NCBI RefSeq assembly: GCF_006345805.1
Contig: NC_042997.1
Coordinates: forward strand, 155,496,001 to 155,560,000
Direction: 5' to 3'
DNA from: Octopus sinensis
Taxonomy: Eukaryota
Length of the DNA: 64,000 nt
Part shown: in pieces, positions 1 through 13,570 of the stretch
Layout of the letters: the number at the start of each line of letters is the position of its first letter
Numbering within the stretch: the first letter of the stretch is position 1
Program-made: the position numbers and the translations under genes
Notes under the pieces: generated by a model
Databases searched by the model: none
Seen by the model: only the letters and a program-made list of their open reading frames with translations
Told to the model about the DNA's origin: nothing

Positions 1-389
1 AGAGGACAGGACTTCCATTACTAGCAGGTCGTGGCGCCTCTGTCTTAGGGCCATTTTAAATCTATGACTATTATAAACGTATGCAAGTGCTTTTTATGTT
101 GTCATGTTTAATCTTTACCTATGTAACGAACTTAGTGAGTGAATATATCTTCTCTTGTACTTTCGGGGTACAAGAGGGTAATCACTAGCCGTTGCTTTAA
201 TAATCCAGAATTCTACCAGTCAGAAACAACAAGACGCAGACGTAAAAGATATATATACTACTTTATTCTCTAATGTGGTAACAGTAACAATAAGTGGTTA
301 TCTGGTATCCCTTTGGTTTTGGGCGCGCAAGGCTGAAAGTTAATCGATTGTAATATTTACAATGTTCAGCCGCTAAAAACAGAACGGGT

Positions 390-770
390 TAAAGATGGCG
401 GCGAACAATGGAGACGATGTTGGTCTGCAACAATTTGGTTAAAGGCCTTTTGGTAAGGTGCTGCTAGAAGCAAGTTCGAACGGAGAGAAAATATGCGTGA
501 CCGTCGCCTTCAGTCGCTGCTGTCTCAAGTCGCTGGCTGCTTCTGCTAGCGGTCAAACGTTCTACGACCCCCTTGCCTTGGCTAACTACCACGTAGGCAA
601 AAGGGTCGTGCTTCCGGTGGTTCGCACATGCGCGAGAGGGCCCTTCCTTTCTGTGCCTTGGTGAAGGCACCAACACTCGCACGCGCGAAATAGAAAATGG
701 ACGGTGCGCGCACGCGCACCGTTATAGGATCACTACACCTATATAACCGTGATTTACACGCCATATTTTG
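390..770. promoter_or_regulatory. CpG-rich, housekeeping-promoter-like segment
   Basis: Locally GC/CpG-rich. YY1-like AAGATGGCGGC (392) and CGCCATATTTT (759), ETS-like CTTCCGG (611), NRF1-like GCACATGCGC (624). No linked gene identified. Confidence 0.35.
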
Positions 771-1778
771 GATTCCATTTGTTATATGTATTTATGTATA
801 TGTGCGTGTATATGTATGTGTATGTGTGTGTGTGTGAGTTTAATATGAATGTATGTGTCCGAGATATGTAGCTCTTAACAAGCAAGCGATGTCTTTTATG
901 TTTTGGCCAATGGGGAATATTCCGTATTCCTGCTTCTATTTCTCGTACCACACGCATGCATACGCACACGCACACACGCTGTTTATTGGGTGATGATGTT
1001 GGTGGTGCTGGCGATAGTAGTGGTGGTGTGGGGTGAGGTATTTACCTTGTGGGAAGTTCAAACCGAAACGTATGTTAGAACAACCGATTCTTTTCCTTGT
1101 TGTTGTAGTTGTTGCTGCCACTTCTGCAGAAACCCTCACCACCATCATCGTTGCCGTCGTTGCTGTCGTCGTCGTCGGACACCGAGAGGGGAGAACCCGG
1201 ATTAAATTATTTAACATATCATGGCCTTCGTGTGTTCCCTGCACCCGCATATCCACTTGTCCCTTTTTTGTGTGGCTATTTAGCAGCTCTTATATTCACC
1301 AGGAGGTGTTCTTTCCTTTTCCTTCTCTTTTTCTTTTTGGTGGGAGATATTGGGGGTGGTCAGGGGTAAGTCAGGGTTGCGATATATAAACAGCAGTGAT
1401 GTCACGGAGTCGGTTCAGTCGACCATATATTAACTCCCTTTTTTTCCCATCACCACCGTCATCATCCCTATCCATTCTTTTCCACATCAAAAATAGGAAC
1501 AACACTGCCTGTCGTGAAGCTTTAGGATTTGTATGTAAGGAAACGAAATTATCGTTGAAGGTCATCGTCAGTTGATAGTGGGCACAAACGAAACGCCACA
1601 TGATACTTCTGCCAAAAGTATCATGTGGAGTTTCTTTATGCCCAGTTCAGTTATGCAGTTCAGCTTTTGAAGGTCGATAGGTTGACATAATCGCCTAAAA
1701 CCTTTGTCAATGGTACTCCAGCATCGGTTCAGTCCGGCTACTCAAACTAGTAAAAGGTAAGAAGGCATACCTACACAA

Positions 1779-2686
1779 CTGTTCCCTCCACCACTAACTT
1801 TGTTTCCTCATAACTTTTAGAAAAATAGTATTTTTTAATGAAAGTTTCTACAAATACCTTTCAGATGATGTAGGTTACAATTATATCGGAATTTAATGTA
1901 AAACATGTACCGTAAATCTTCGAGTATAATCCGCATTTTCTCCCAAAATTTAAAGGTCAAAATCCCTATTGCATACTATATACGAGGTTAAAAATGAAAA
2001 TTATTTTCTAAGCAATGTCTGAGTCTCTATTTGCTGTCCGGCAATGGGTATTCAGACGCATTTTGTGATGTCGGACGCGTAAATACCTTAAGCTAAGCCT
2101 GAAAGCAATGAAGTCATAAAAGAATCATCCATAACTTGCTGTAAGCAACATTTATTAAACGTTATTACTGTTATTACTTTATTTTCTGCAAACAAAATGC
2201 ACAAAAAAGCTACACGTTTACATTATGTTATATATACAATAATAATAAAGTACGTTACCGTATACATTTTTACAAACCAAGGACGTTATATAGACCTCCT
2301 TGACTCAAGTTAGAGAAGGGGTGCGTATTATACACAAGGTTTAGGTTTTTCAGAGGTACAGCCCCCTAAAAAGCCCTGCGTATTATACTCAAGGGCGGAT
2401 TATACTCGAGGATTTACGATAATTGGTAGGTGTGCAAACTTACATACTGACTCACATCACGTAATTTTTTCAAAAGTTCACGATTCATTTTTTTTTTTAG
2501 ATATGTGCGTAATGTGTATCAGTATGTATGTGTGCGTACCCATTAAATTTTGTTTCTCCATTAAGTTCCAATATAATTGGAATCTGCACCACCTGAAGGA
2601 CATTTGTAGAAAAAATTTCATTAAAGAATATCTATTCTTCTGAAAACTATGAAGAAACAAAGTCATGGTAAGTGGGCAGGGAACGG
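1779..2686. mobile_element. MITE with long imperfect TIRs, interrupted by a nested MITE
   Basis: CTGTTCCCT..TAACTTTGTTTCCTCATAACTTTTAGAA is mirrored by TTCTGAAAACTATGAAGAAACAAAGTCA..AGGGAACGG. Confidence 0.6.
1910..2419. mobile_element. Tc1/mariner-pogo-type MITE
   Basis: TIRs CCGTAAATCTTCGAGTATAATCCGC / GCGGATTATACTCGAGGATTTACG with flanking TA. Partial copies at ~3332-3620 and ~41328-41475. Confidence 0.85.
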
Positions 2687-3331
2687 ATATACTTGCATAA
2701 GTATAGTTAAAAGAATATGAAGTATTTTTTATTTTGCATTGAAAATAAATCGTGTTGCTATATCATGTGTGATATTGTAGTCCGTGTTGTGTGTGTGTTG
2801 AAACTGGTTTCTCTTTCCGTACAACCCAAGGGTTGTCTGGCATATAACGTGCTGAATAGAATAGTCCGTCATTGATATAAAGGAACAATAAATAAATAAA
2901 TGAATAAAACTGGATAAAAACTAAAGCAAAATTCCCAACCATAAAACATAAAACGTAACAAAATGAAATTTTATTTTGCTTAGTAACCAATGCTAAAAAA
3001 AAAGAAATTAGACGCCCTGGTTTCGTAGATACGAGTGCACACGTTGATGTAATCGACCAAATTAACAAGTATGATAAAAGCAATCGCATCAAATATTTTA
3101 GTAGTTAAGTTAGAGATAATAGTTCCTCACCGCCGAACAACTAATGCTGGGTAATTTACGTTCTCGTAACTTAGCGGCTGGACAAATACAAACTATCAGA
3201 CTTTAAAGAAATAAGTAATGGGATCGATTTGCTCGGCCAAACCCCTTCAAAGCGATGCCCCAACATTGCTGCAATCTAATGACTGAAACAAGTAAACGAT
3301 AATCAATAAAGGAATCACTGAAAAGTTAATT

Positions 3332-3620
3332 ACTGTAAATCCTCGAGTATAATCCGCATTTTTTCCTAAAATTTTAATGGTCAACATACCTAGTGCGTAC
3401 TATATACGAGGTTAAAAATGAAAATTATTTTCTAAGCAATGTCCGAGTCTCTATTTGCTGTCCGGCAATGTTTATTCAGACGCATTTTGTGATGTCGGGC
3501 GCGAAAATACCTTAAGCTAAGCCTGAAAGCAATGAAATCATAAAATAATCATCCATAACTTGCAGTAAGTAACATTTATTAAACATTATTACTTTTATTT
3601 CTTTATTTTCTGCAAACAGA
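3332..3620 (+). mobile_element. Truncated copy of the 1910-2419 MITE
   Basis: Near-identical to 1910-2195. Confidence 0.8.
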
Positions 3621-4649
3621 AGTCCGCCCTTGAGTATAATACGCAGGTAGAAGGCGGCGAACGCAGCCAGGAACCAGCACAACAACAACAAAAGAAAGAG
3701 ACACAGCGGAAGTTGCGTAATTTAGCAATTTTTTTCAAAACAAAATCAAAGCATTCCAAAACAAAGGTTGACAAATCATGTACAGAGTTCGAAAAACAAA
3801 TCATTCAAAATTTGACTCAATACAGTTCGGTCTTTTTCAAGACAAATCATTTTACATTCAACACAAAGTTCAAAATCAACAGTCTCTTAGAGCTCCAATT
3901 TCCTCTTTTTTTTTAACACGACAGTTCTCAAAAAAGGCTCCTTCTCCTTTTAAAAACATTTCCAAGTTCTCTTTTTTTTTCTTCCTTTTCTTTTCTTTTG
4001 AAAACAGCCAACAACACGCTTTTTTTCTCTCTCTTTTCTTTCTCTTTTTTTTTACATCTAAACATCGAAATTCAAAACACAAATAAAAACATTACCGCAT
4101 GTTCCACGCCTGCAACACTCCCTGAACATCACAAAACTCCCACTATAGCAGCTTGCCTGCCGCTGTCTGTCAGTCTCTGTCATCTTTTCTGGTTCTCGTT
4201 CTGTCTCTTGCCCACTCACTGTCTGTCTCTCTCTAGACCCTGACTTTCATCTCTGTGACTGCTTCTCGCTGACTCCACCATCTCTAACTCACTCTCTTGT
4301 CCGCTCCGCTCACACTGACCCTCTCACGGTTTCTCGCTGACTGACCCAACTAACTTAATGTTAGCCGTATCTATAATGTGTAGCAGCTAGAAGAAGAGAA
4401 ATATCGATGACAGCAGTGTGTAGATCCTTCCCCAACATTTTTTTAAAAACTTTCCGTGACTGTGTGGGGGCCATAGATCAATGCCTAGGACAATTAATAA
4501 CCATGTTCTTTGACAGGACAAAGGAAATACCATTGTCCTGAACAACTGGAGCGCCGGTTCGGTTCCAACGAATGGAACCAGGGGCATAATGTTTTTTTTT
4601 TTTGTTCGTTTACTTTTCCTTGCCTCCGTAACAATATATTTATATATAT

Positions 4650-4899
4650 ACTGAACTACAAAAGAAACGTCGCATTGTAAAAGATTATTTGTTTCACACA
4701 CGATATTGAGATTATGTGGATTTTATCACATTTCTAGGTAATTTGACAATATGTGACGTCAAACATGTTTCAGGAAATGAAGTTGTATCATTAGGAAAGA
4801 ACGGTTTCTTAATTAGCACCCTTCAATCAATGCTATAGCAGTCTATTAATAAATCGGTTTCTATTTAGCATGTGTGCGACGTTTCTTTTGTGCTTCAGT
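4650..4899. mobile_element. Tc1-type MITE in a TA run
   Basis: TIRs ACTGAACTACAAAAGAAACGTCGCA / TGCGACGTTTCTTTTGTGCTTCAGT with TA-rich flanks. Confidence 0.75.
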
Positions 4900-4914
4900 T
4901 TATATATATTTATG

Positions 4915-5115
4915 TGTGTTTGTATTTGTTTGACCCCACCATCGCTTGACAGCCGATGTTGCTGTGTTTACGTCCCCGAAGCTTAGCGGTTCGGCAAAAA
5001 AGACCGATAGGATAAGCACTAGGCTTACAAAGAATAAGCTCCGGGGTTGATTTTTTTTTTTTTTACTAAAAGCGGTGCTCCAGTATGGCTGCAGTCAAAT
5101 GACTGAAACAAGTAA
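4915..5115 (+). mobile_element. SINE family A, 3' half
   Basis: Matches the 3' half of the full copies at 17023 and 23130. Confidence 0.8.
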
Positions 5116-6404
5116 CGAAGTATGCATATCCTGTACACTATTGTGGTAAATATTATTTTCCATGATACTCGTGAGCTTTAAATAACTGTATTTCTGTAAA
5201 TGCATTATTGTGATATCATGAAATAGCTCAGATTACACTCATACTGTAATTATCTGACTAGTCAGTTGGCTTCATTGGCATTCCAGTCAGAGTTTGCAGT
5301 AGGTTTCAGCACTTGCTTATTATTGATATAAACTGATTTTATTATAATTTTAATATATTAAGTTCATCGAAATCATGCTTAAAATTTGGAAATATTTATG
5401 GTCACTCGCTGAAATAACAGTAAGTGAGAATTAGGAGGTCTGCTCTACTTATTTACTTGAAGATTCGCCCAATAAGTCGCTCCATAGTTTGGGGACATTT
5501 TGGGGGGATTTTTTTTTTTCGATTTCTCTGCTGCTGTTTATGATGGATGCCATAAGCTAATGATACAACGCAAAAGGTCACAAGAAATGCTAACCAAACC
5601 GAGTTTCCCTTATATAGCACTCTACCGTCATAAAGAAAAAAAAAAGAAACGATAGCGACAAGGCATAGTTTAGTCCACATTTTTCTATGTCTGAATAAAA
5701 TACATCATGGCTATGGCTGAAATGTATTTGAACATAGCGATATATACTGGACGACCAGTTAGATATAGCATCCTAATCTCCCTCAATACATACCCTACCA
5801 TCTTGAAGTATAAAGTATATTGGATAATGTAGTTTTAGATACACTATATCTGAAGACATACAAAGGTTACCATGAACGAATGCTTTTCATCACAGTTCTA
5901 CAACATGTTCACAATGATGGTGGCAGGGGATTCAGCACCCTAGACCAGTTCTGCAATGTTCCCCCCTCTCCCAGCTCCCAGCAACCAGCTTTATAAAATG
6001 TGCTTCTTCTCATCCCTGACATGTACCTTTCCTTCTCCAGGTTTTCTTTTCTTTACCAACCATTATTCATACCAGCTGAAGAATGCAGTTGAAAAATTAT
6101 AGTTAACTTTCAAAAGAGTTAATTATAATTTATAAGTTTATAATCATGCATATTACCAAGTAAATCTGTTATCAGGTAAAATTTGAAATGTTTAACGCAA
6201 AATCGTATTACACAACACGATTTTCTCTTCCTCCGCTTCACTGCACCCCACTTCCTCGAAAATCACCTTATCGGATCTCAAAGTTTTCGTGCTTTTGGAT
6301 TAAGCAATTTCGTCAGAATTGATTAGAATTCGTGCGACACACCCAGATTTTGGTGCCCTTGTTTAGGAGTCAGTAAACATTTTTAAAGGTGAACTAAGGA
6401 AATA

Positions 6405-6508
6405 TTCGGTTGCTGCATAATTAACGACCGTTTTATAATCTAATTTACAAGTTTTATTTAAAATTTAGAAGAAAAAAATAAAACGGTCGTTAATTTTGCA
6501 CCAACCCA
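6405..6508. mobile_element. ~100 bp mariner-type MITE (MADE-like)
   Basis: TIRs GGTTGCTGCATAATTAACGACCGTTTT / AAAACGGTCGTTAATTTTGCACCAACC resemble mariner TIRs. Confidence 0.7.
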
Positions 6509-6848
6509 GGACGAATAAATAATGAATTCATCATCATACAATGCAGCGGAAGTAGATTTTTTTTTTTTTGGGAATGTAAATATTTTTCCTTATAAGCTTT
6601 CAACGTACAATATTGTAAAATACTTACTAACAGTGATATAAAGAACCTCACAACTACGTTAAAATCAAGTTTTAATTATGTGAGGCCGGCCTTCTCACTA
6701 TGCAAACTAGTTGACTGTCTACGATAGGAACCGGGAAACGAACAGCCCGTTGCTCCATTTGGTCCGATACGCATACTTCACTGAATATGAAATACTTGCG
6801 TCAGGAAACACGTGGTTTTAAATAAAATATTGCCATTTTTCAGCAAGA

Positions 6849-6920
6849 AGTTCTACGGGGTAATGATTGGCATTCAGGGCTTTGAGTTCAGCGAAACATT
6901 TTCAAGTCTCGATAGAAATG
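6849..6920 (+). pseudogene. tRNA-Gln(TTG) pseudogene, heavily substituted
   Basis: AGTTCTACGGGGTAATGATTGGCATTCAGGGCTTTGAGTTCAGCG..TTCAAGTCTCGATAGAA aligns to the intact copies. Confidence 0.8.
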
Positions 6921-7892
6921 ACAGTGTTAACTTTTTTCCAAATTTTTTCTTTTATCAACTGTTGTTTATATCAATAAGACACGTAACAGATCTTGAATCT
7001 TTTATGTTGCTGTCACAGATTTTGACATTTTGAATTTTGTTCCAATTGTTTCTAAATCTAGTATACTGATATACGATAATTATGGAAATAAAATTCATTT
7101 TTTGCCGTAAATTAATTTATAAAAAGTTAATAGCTTTTAAAGTTTGTAAATTTTGGGTAACTATAGCCAACCGAAAGCCACAGACACGTTGATGTCTGTT
7201 TCCATAGTAACAAGTGAAACTGAAGCGCGCTTAAAACTACTGGATGTTGGCGCTGGATATTACAAAGTAAATCTGTGATCTGGTAAAATTTGAAATGTTT
7301 CATGAAAAATCGTGTCACTACGACTCGAACCACGGTTTCCTCTCCACGTCACTCAAGTTCACCAGAAGTCGACTCATCGACTCTCAAACTTCATATATTT
7401 TGGAATTAAGAACATTTTTATTGAAAATTCATCAGAACTCGTGTGACACACTGACGCACACAAATTTTAGTGACCTTGTCCAGGAATTGGAAAACATTTT
7501 TCATGGCGCACCGTGTAGAATTGACGTCTTATGACCAACACGAATAAATAATGAGCTCATGATCATACAAGACTATGGAAATAGCTTGTCCTTTGTTTTG
7601 ATTCTCCTTTTAAGCATTTAACAAACATTATAAGCATTTAACAAACAATTAAGTAAAATGTTTTCCAACGGTGACATAAAGAATAACCACATACCCACGT
7701 TAGCGATATGTTTTAGTTACGTGAGACCAGCTTTCTCCCTAGGGGAACTAGTTGACGGTCTGCAGTAGAAATCGGTAAAATCCTCTGTTTGACCCGGTTC
7801 GCATGTATTCACTGAAAATGAAATATTGACTTCCGGATATATATAGTTTGAAAGTTAATTTCAGGACTAAATGTTTACAGGTATCTTTGATA

Positions 7893-7949
7893 GGTTTTAT
7901 GGTGTAAAGGTTAGCACTTTGAATCCAGCGGTTCGAGTCTCGTTAGACC
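7893..7949 (+). pseudogene. tRNA-Gln pseudogene with 7-nt and 6-nt internal deletions
   Basis: GGTTTTATGGTGTAAAGGTTAGCAC^TTTGAATCCAGCG^GTTCGAGTCTCG. Confidence 0.85.
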
Positions 7950-8470
7950 GTTGGAAGCTAGATGTAGTTTTTTTTTTACAGTTACATGACTATTAAAATG
8001 TCTCATTGATTTTTCAACTAACTCACCAATTTCTTTGCTTTCTAAGTATGTGATGTCATATGACCTTACTGACTTTCTCTTTCTCTGAAGGATAACTGAG
8101 ACGTTACCTTTCTACTCTCCCTCGCATCATAAATCATGTTCCCTTGTTTGAACACACAGTATTACTTCATGCCAAAACACAACATCGTTCATTTTTTGGT
8201 TCTTACAGTTTTCTTCTTATAAGTAAAGCCAGTTGCTGGACATTTGTTTATTTATCAATGACATCAAACTATGACTGTCATAAGAAATGTACTACAATGT
8301 TCCTTTCTTTATGACTGATTAAATGAAAAAAATTTGAAAAGATTTGTGACGTAAAATAGAATTAGTAATCGAAACTGCGTTGCTAACATAACTCCAGACA
8401 TGTTCGTCACATATTATGGCTTTATTTGTCTTCTAGATGTCAATGAAATAAAATTAGTGAATCAGTTTAA

Positions 8471-8790
8471 TCTATATATCTATAAAACAGATATAGACGA
8501 AAATTGTATGCACATTTTGCTTTGACGGTTAATGGCGGCCAAACCGATGCTAGGATCGAGCTGAAAATTGACAGGGATACTAAATGCGTGGTGAGGATGA
8601 AACCCGCGATGGTTAAAATTAGAAAGCTATAAAGATGTGGTTGCTATGGCAAAAAGAGTGATTTTTATCGATTCAAGGGAGCCCAGAGCCCCTCTAGGTT
8701 TGTGTGATTGGCTTTTAATACCCAGCGGCATGCACTGCCGGCTGTTGTGCTTAATAAACATACATTTTGTCGCGAAAGTCCGGCTACTAG
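8471..8790 (+). mobile_element. Probable non-autonomous Helitron (3' limit uncertain)
   Basis: Starts TCTATATATCTATAAAA right after ATCAGTTTAA. Paralogous amplicon sites (~12932, ~17760) lack the insert. CTAG at 8787-8790. Confidence 0.45.
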
Positions 8791-11308
8791 GAAACGATTT
8801 GTCATTGTGAAAAAACGAGTGCTTTTTGCCCTCATTTTCTTTTTAATCTTTTTATAAAAGTGAAAGGATTTCGTCTATTTATTTCTGCTGTCCACTTACG
8901 ACGGTGATTCAGTTGACTAGAAAAACTATACGTGATGAATATCCAATACCAAACTATCTTAATCTACATATTGAAATTGCATTAAACTTTGGCAAGCTTA
9001 CCTTTACCTATTCTGAGTTACTTGAAAGGTGATATTCTCTTCTCTCTCTTCTGATTGTTGATACCTTTTTTTTACCTTTTTTTTTACCTTTGGTACCGTT
9101 GTTTCACTTGATACCGCTATTTGTCTTGGCAAAGAGACACAAATCTTACCCAGTCTCCTTTGAAAAATGTTTTCCAATTCCTGGAGAAGGTCACAAATAT
9201 TTGGTTGTCAGTGTGTCAAACGAGTTCCGATCAACTTTAAAAACAAAACAAAATGTCCGTAATTCCAAAATATAGGAAGTTTGACAGTCGATGAAGCGAC
9301 TACCGGTTAGCTTGGGTGACATGGAGAGGAGAACATGAAGGTCGAGTGGTGGTGACACAATTTTGTGTGAAATATTAAAAATTTTTCCACATCACAGATT
9401 TGCTTTGTAATATGCAGCACCAACATACGGATCTAACACGACAACCGCTCTACCAGTACCACTGCCACCACCACCGCCACCGCCACCACCACTGCTTCCA
9501 CCAATCACCATAGACATAGAATTACTACATCACCGTAGCTAGCACGATTTTGTTTTAATTGTCGTTGTGATTAAACAATGAGTTTCTTGTCGAGGTTGGG
9601 AAGCTGTTTATGTGAAGAGTTATATAATGATAATAATGAAAACATTGGGTTACCCAGCCATTATGATATTTCGACTGCTGTCCATTGTTTCAAATAGGTT
9701 TTAGCATTGTCACTCACCTATGATTCGACCCAAAGAATCAACCTTTAAATAAGAGTTTTGCTTCCACTAGCGAAACCTATACGTATCTTTCAGGAAGCTC
9801 CATACCAATTTAACTTTATGCAGCATTCACAGTTAGTTTATGTGCACGCTATGTGGGAAGATAGAATAAAGGGGCTTTTATTAGCTTTTCTCTCCGAAAA
9901 AAATAGCTCCCTTTGCTGTTGAAAAAAAAAAAAACTCGCAGAGGGGGAGTTTCAACATCTTCCTTCAATTTCCTTACACCATTTATGTGGCTGTTCCTGA
10001 CAAGAAATTTCGCTTTCATGTAAAAGAACTATATTTTGTAGTCATTATCCGCAATCTACTCCCAAAACACTTCGGTAGCTCTACTTTACATCGCTTGCAA
10101 ACTTATATGTTCTATGATAATCAAAGTGCAACGGCCTCCACAATAACCAGCCTTCAATATGATTTTCCGTTCCTAGATTAATCGGAAACAGATTGCCATG
10201 CTACACATAAACCTTCTCGGTAGTTCAATTACTTGGTGAAAAAAATACCACGAAAGTAACTTAAACCGTCCAAAGGACTGGTGCATTTGCTAGTTTTCCT
10301 ATAAATATACATATGAAGATAATTTTAACTGTATGTATGAATGTATGCATGTATGTATATATGTACGTACGTTTGTATGTATGTATGTATGTATGTATGT
10401 ATGTATGTATGTATGTATGTATGTATGTATGTACGTACGTACGTATGTATGTAAGTATGTATTGCTTTCCTCTGGAATATGTAGCACTATTCATTGTTTT
10501 ACAAGTTCTCCAAAACCAGTAAGATTCATACTGCAAGAGATTAAAAACATTGGCAGAGATGGACAAACGGAATTTCAGATGGTTGAACTGAAAAGAAAGC
10601 TCTAGTAAGCCAATGAAATCTCTCCATTCTCTGGAACATCCTCTTTTATTTTTATTTTTATTCTATTTTATTTTCGATACACGCGTAAGGAAAGTGAGAA
10701 CTTATTAATTTTTGAAAAGTTAATAGATGGAAACATTTAACTAAGAAAAAAAAGAAAACGAATTTACGTTGGCAATAAAATTTTACAATGCATGACAAAC
10801 CCTAACATTACGCAGTGCCCTAATCCTAAACTCCAACCTCAGCCCTAAACTCTAGACCTTAAACGTAATCCAATGTTTTCATTATTATCATTATATAACC
10901 CATCACGTACACAGCTTCCCAACAAGAAACACATTGGTTAATCACAACGAAAATTAAACCAAAATCGCGCTGGCTACAGTGACGTAGTCATTCTATGTCC
11001 ATGGTGATTGGTGGATGTGGTAGTGGCGGGGGAGGTGGTAGTGGTAGATCCGTATGTTGGTGCTGCATATAACCAAGTAAATCTGTTATCTGGTAAAATT
11101 TGAAATGTTTGTCGAAAATCTTATCACCGCCACTTGACCTTCACGTTCTCCTCTCGACCTCACACAAGTTCATCGGGAAATGCTCCACTGACTCTCAAAT
11201 TTCACGTTTTTACATTAAAGAAATTTTTTTTGTCTGTCTGTCTGTCTGTATGTATGTATGTATGTATGTATGTATGTATGTATGTATGTATGTGTATGTA
11301 TGTATGTA

Positions 11309-11341
<33 letters not shown>

Positions 11342-12343
11342 ATGTATGTATGTATGTATGTATGTGTGTGTATGTGTGTATGTGTATGTATGTGTGTATG
11401 TATGTATGTATGTATGTATTAGTTTGTCAGTAAATTTTTTTACAAGGTATGACAAACCCTAACCTTATCAATGCATGACAATCCCTAACATTACGCAGCA
11501 CCCTAACTCTAAACCTTAACAGGAACCTCAGCCCTAAACTCTAGACCTTAAACGTAAACCAATGTTTTCATTCTTATCATTATATAACTCTTCACATAAA
11601 CAGCTTCCCAACCTCAATAAGAAATACATTGTTTAATCACAACGACAATTAAAACAAAATCGCGCTAGCTACGGTGATTGTAGTAATTCTATGTCTATGG
11701 TGATTGGTCGCAGTGGTAGTGTGAGAGCGGTTGTAGTGTTAGATCCGTTTGTTGGTACTGCATATTACAAAGTAAATCTGTGATGTGGAAAAATTTGAAA
11801 TGTTTCACACTAAATTGTGTCACCACCACTCGACCTTCATGTCCTCCTCTCCACGTCACCCAAGTTCACCAGTAGTCGCTTCATCGACTGTCAAACTTCA
11901 TATATTTTTGGAATTACGAACATTTTTTTTTTTTGAAAGTTGATCAGAACTCGTTTGACACACAACCAAATATTTGTGACCTTCTCCAGGAATTGGAAAA
12001 GATTTTTCAAGGGAGACTGGGTAAGATTTGTGTCTCTTTGCCAAGACAAATAACCATGATCATGCAAGACTATGGAATTAACTTGCTTTTTGTTTTGATT
12101 CTCCTTTCCATTAATAGCTATTAACGAACAATTAAGTAAAATGTGATATAAAGAATAACCACATACCTACGTTAGAGACAAATTTCAGTTTTGTGTGATC
12201 CGCTTTCTCCCTAGGTGAATTCGTTGACGGTCTGCAGGAGAAATCGGTAAAATCCTCCGTTTGACCCGGTTCGCACATATTCACTGAATATGAAATATTT
12301 ACATCCGGATGCTAGTAGCTTGAAAGTTAATTTCGAGACAAAA

Positions 12344-12415
12344 TTTTCTTTGGTGTAATGGTTAACACTCCGAACTTTGAATCCAGCGATCCGATTTCAA
12401 CTCTCGGTAGAACCT
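12344..12415 (+). pseudogene. tRNA-Gln(TTG) pseudogene
   Basis: Full length, but the acceptor 5' strand, anticodon stem and B box (ATTTCAACT) are mutated. Confidence 0.85.
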
Positions 12416-12963
12416 TGCAAACTAAATTTTGCACTTTTTTTTTTTCGGTTATATGACTGTTGAAATGTCAAATTGATTTTCAGTTGACTCACGAATCAAT
12501 AATTTCTGCGCTTTCCGAGTATGGAATTCATAAGACCTTAATGACTTTCCCCTTATCCGAAGGACAATTGTCTGAAACGTTGCATTTCTACTCTTCCTCG
12601 CATCATAAATCATATTCCCTTGTCTGAACACAAAGTATTATTTCACGCGAAAACACATCATTCGTTTGTTGGTTCTTACAGTTTTCCTGTTATAAGTAAA
12701 GCCAATTGCTGGATATTTATTTATTTATCAATGACATCAAAGTATGACTGCCACAAGAGATGTGCTATAATGTTCCTTTCTTTATCACTGATTAAATGGA
12801 AAAAAGTTTGAAAACCATAGCGATATAAAACAGAATTAGTAATCGAAAGTGCGTTACTAAAAGTTCTCCAAAGATGTTCGTCACTTATGGTTTTCTTCGT
12901 CTTCCAGGTGTCAATGAAATAACATTAGTAAATCAGTTTAATATTTACTATAAATATCATAGA

Positions 12964-13514
12964 CGAGAAAAACGCCCCCCGTCCAATGGAAGGTGCTGAG
13001 TTGTCAAACATTTAAACCAAATTTTCTCAAAACAACTTGTCCAACCGTCCAATAGGCCTCCCCTTTGAGAAACACCGATTTAACCTAAATTTGGGACACC
13101 AGCAAAAGAAGAAATAAAGATAGACTAGTTTTCTTTTCCAAAGAAAAACGATTTTATTCACACAACTATGCAACCGAAGAGTTTAAAGTACCAGTAATGA
13201 TAAGGCTGTTGACTGGGAGAACACAAACATGGTTTAAACAGTAAGCTTGGCAGGAAAGAAACGTGCCTTTAAGCAGTACAAAAACAACAAAAAATGGAAG
13301 GTGCAGTTATGTACAGGTTGACGGAAGAAAAGCAGGACAAAAACGGCTTTATCGATCGCATTCTCACCTGGAATCGATTTTTGTTATTTTTTCAAGACTT
13401 ATACACTCCCTGATACCGTCGGCATCTACATATCAAATTTGAGCGCAATCGGATGGAGGATGCCCGAAATCCGAGAAGACACATAGACAGACAGAACGGA
13501 TTTTATATAAGAGA
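12964..13514 (-). mobile_element. Non-autonomous Helitron-like insertion
   Basis: Minus-strand 5' TCTCTTATATAAAA..(TCTG)n and 3' CTCG. Inserted between A and T with no TSD. Empty paralogous site ATATCATAGA|TATGAAGAG at 17781-17799. Confidence 0.65.
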
Positions 13515-13570
13515 TATGAAGAGAATTTTAGCTGTATGTATGTATGTATGTATGTATGTATGTATGTATG

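Noticed and set aside
903-1601. Overlapping 80-120 aa ORFs as a host exon
   Set aside because: Low-complexity trinucleotide content and no recognisable domain in any frame.
10261-11462. ORFs rich in MYVC / HTYI, and similar ones throughout the window
   Set aside because: Translations of (TATG)n, (CA)n, (TA)n and (TAA)n microsatellites.
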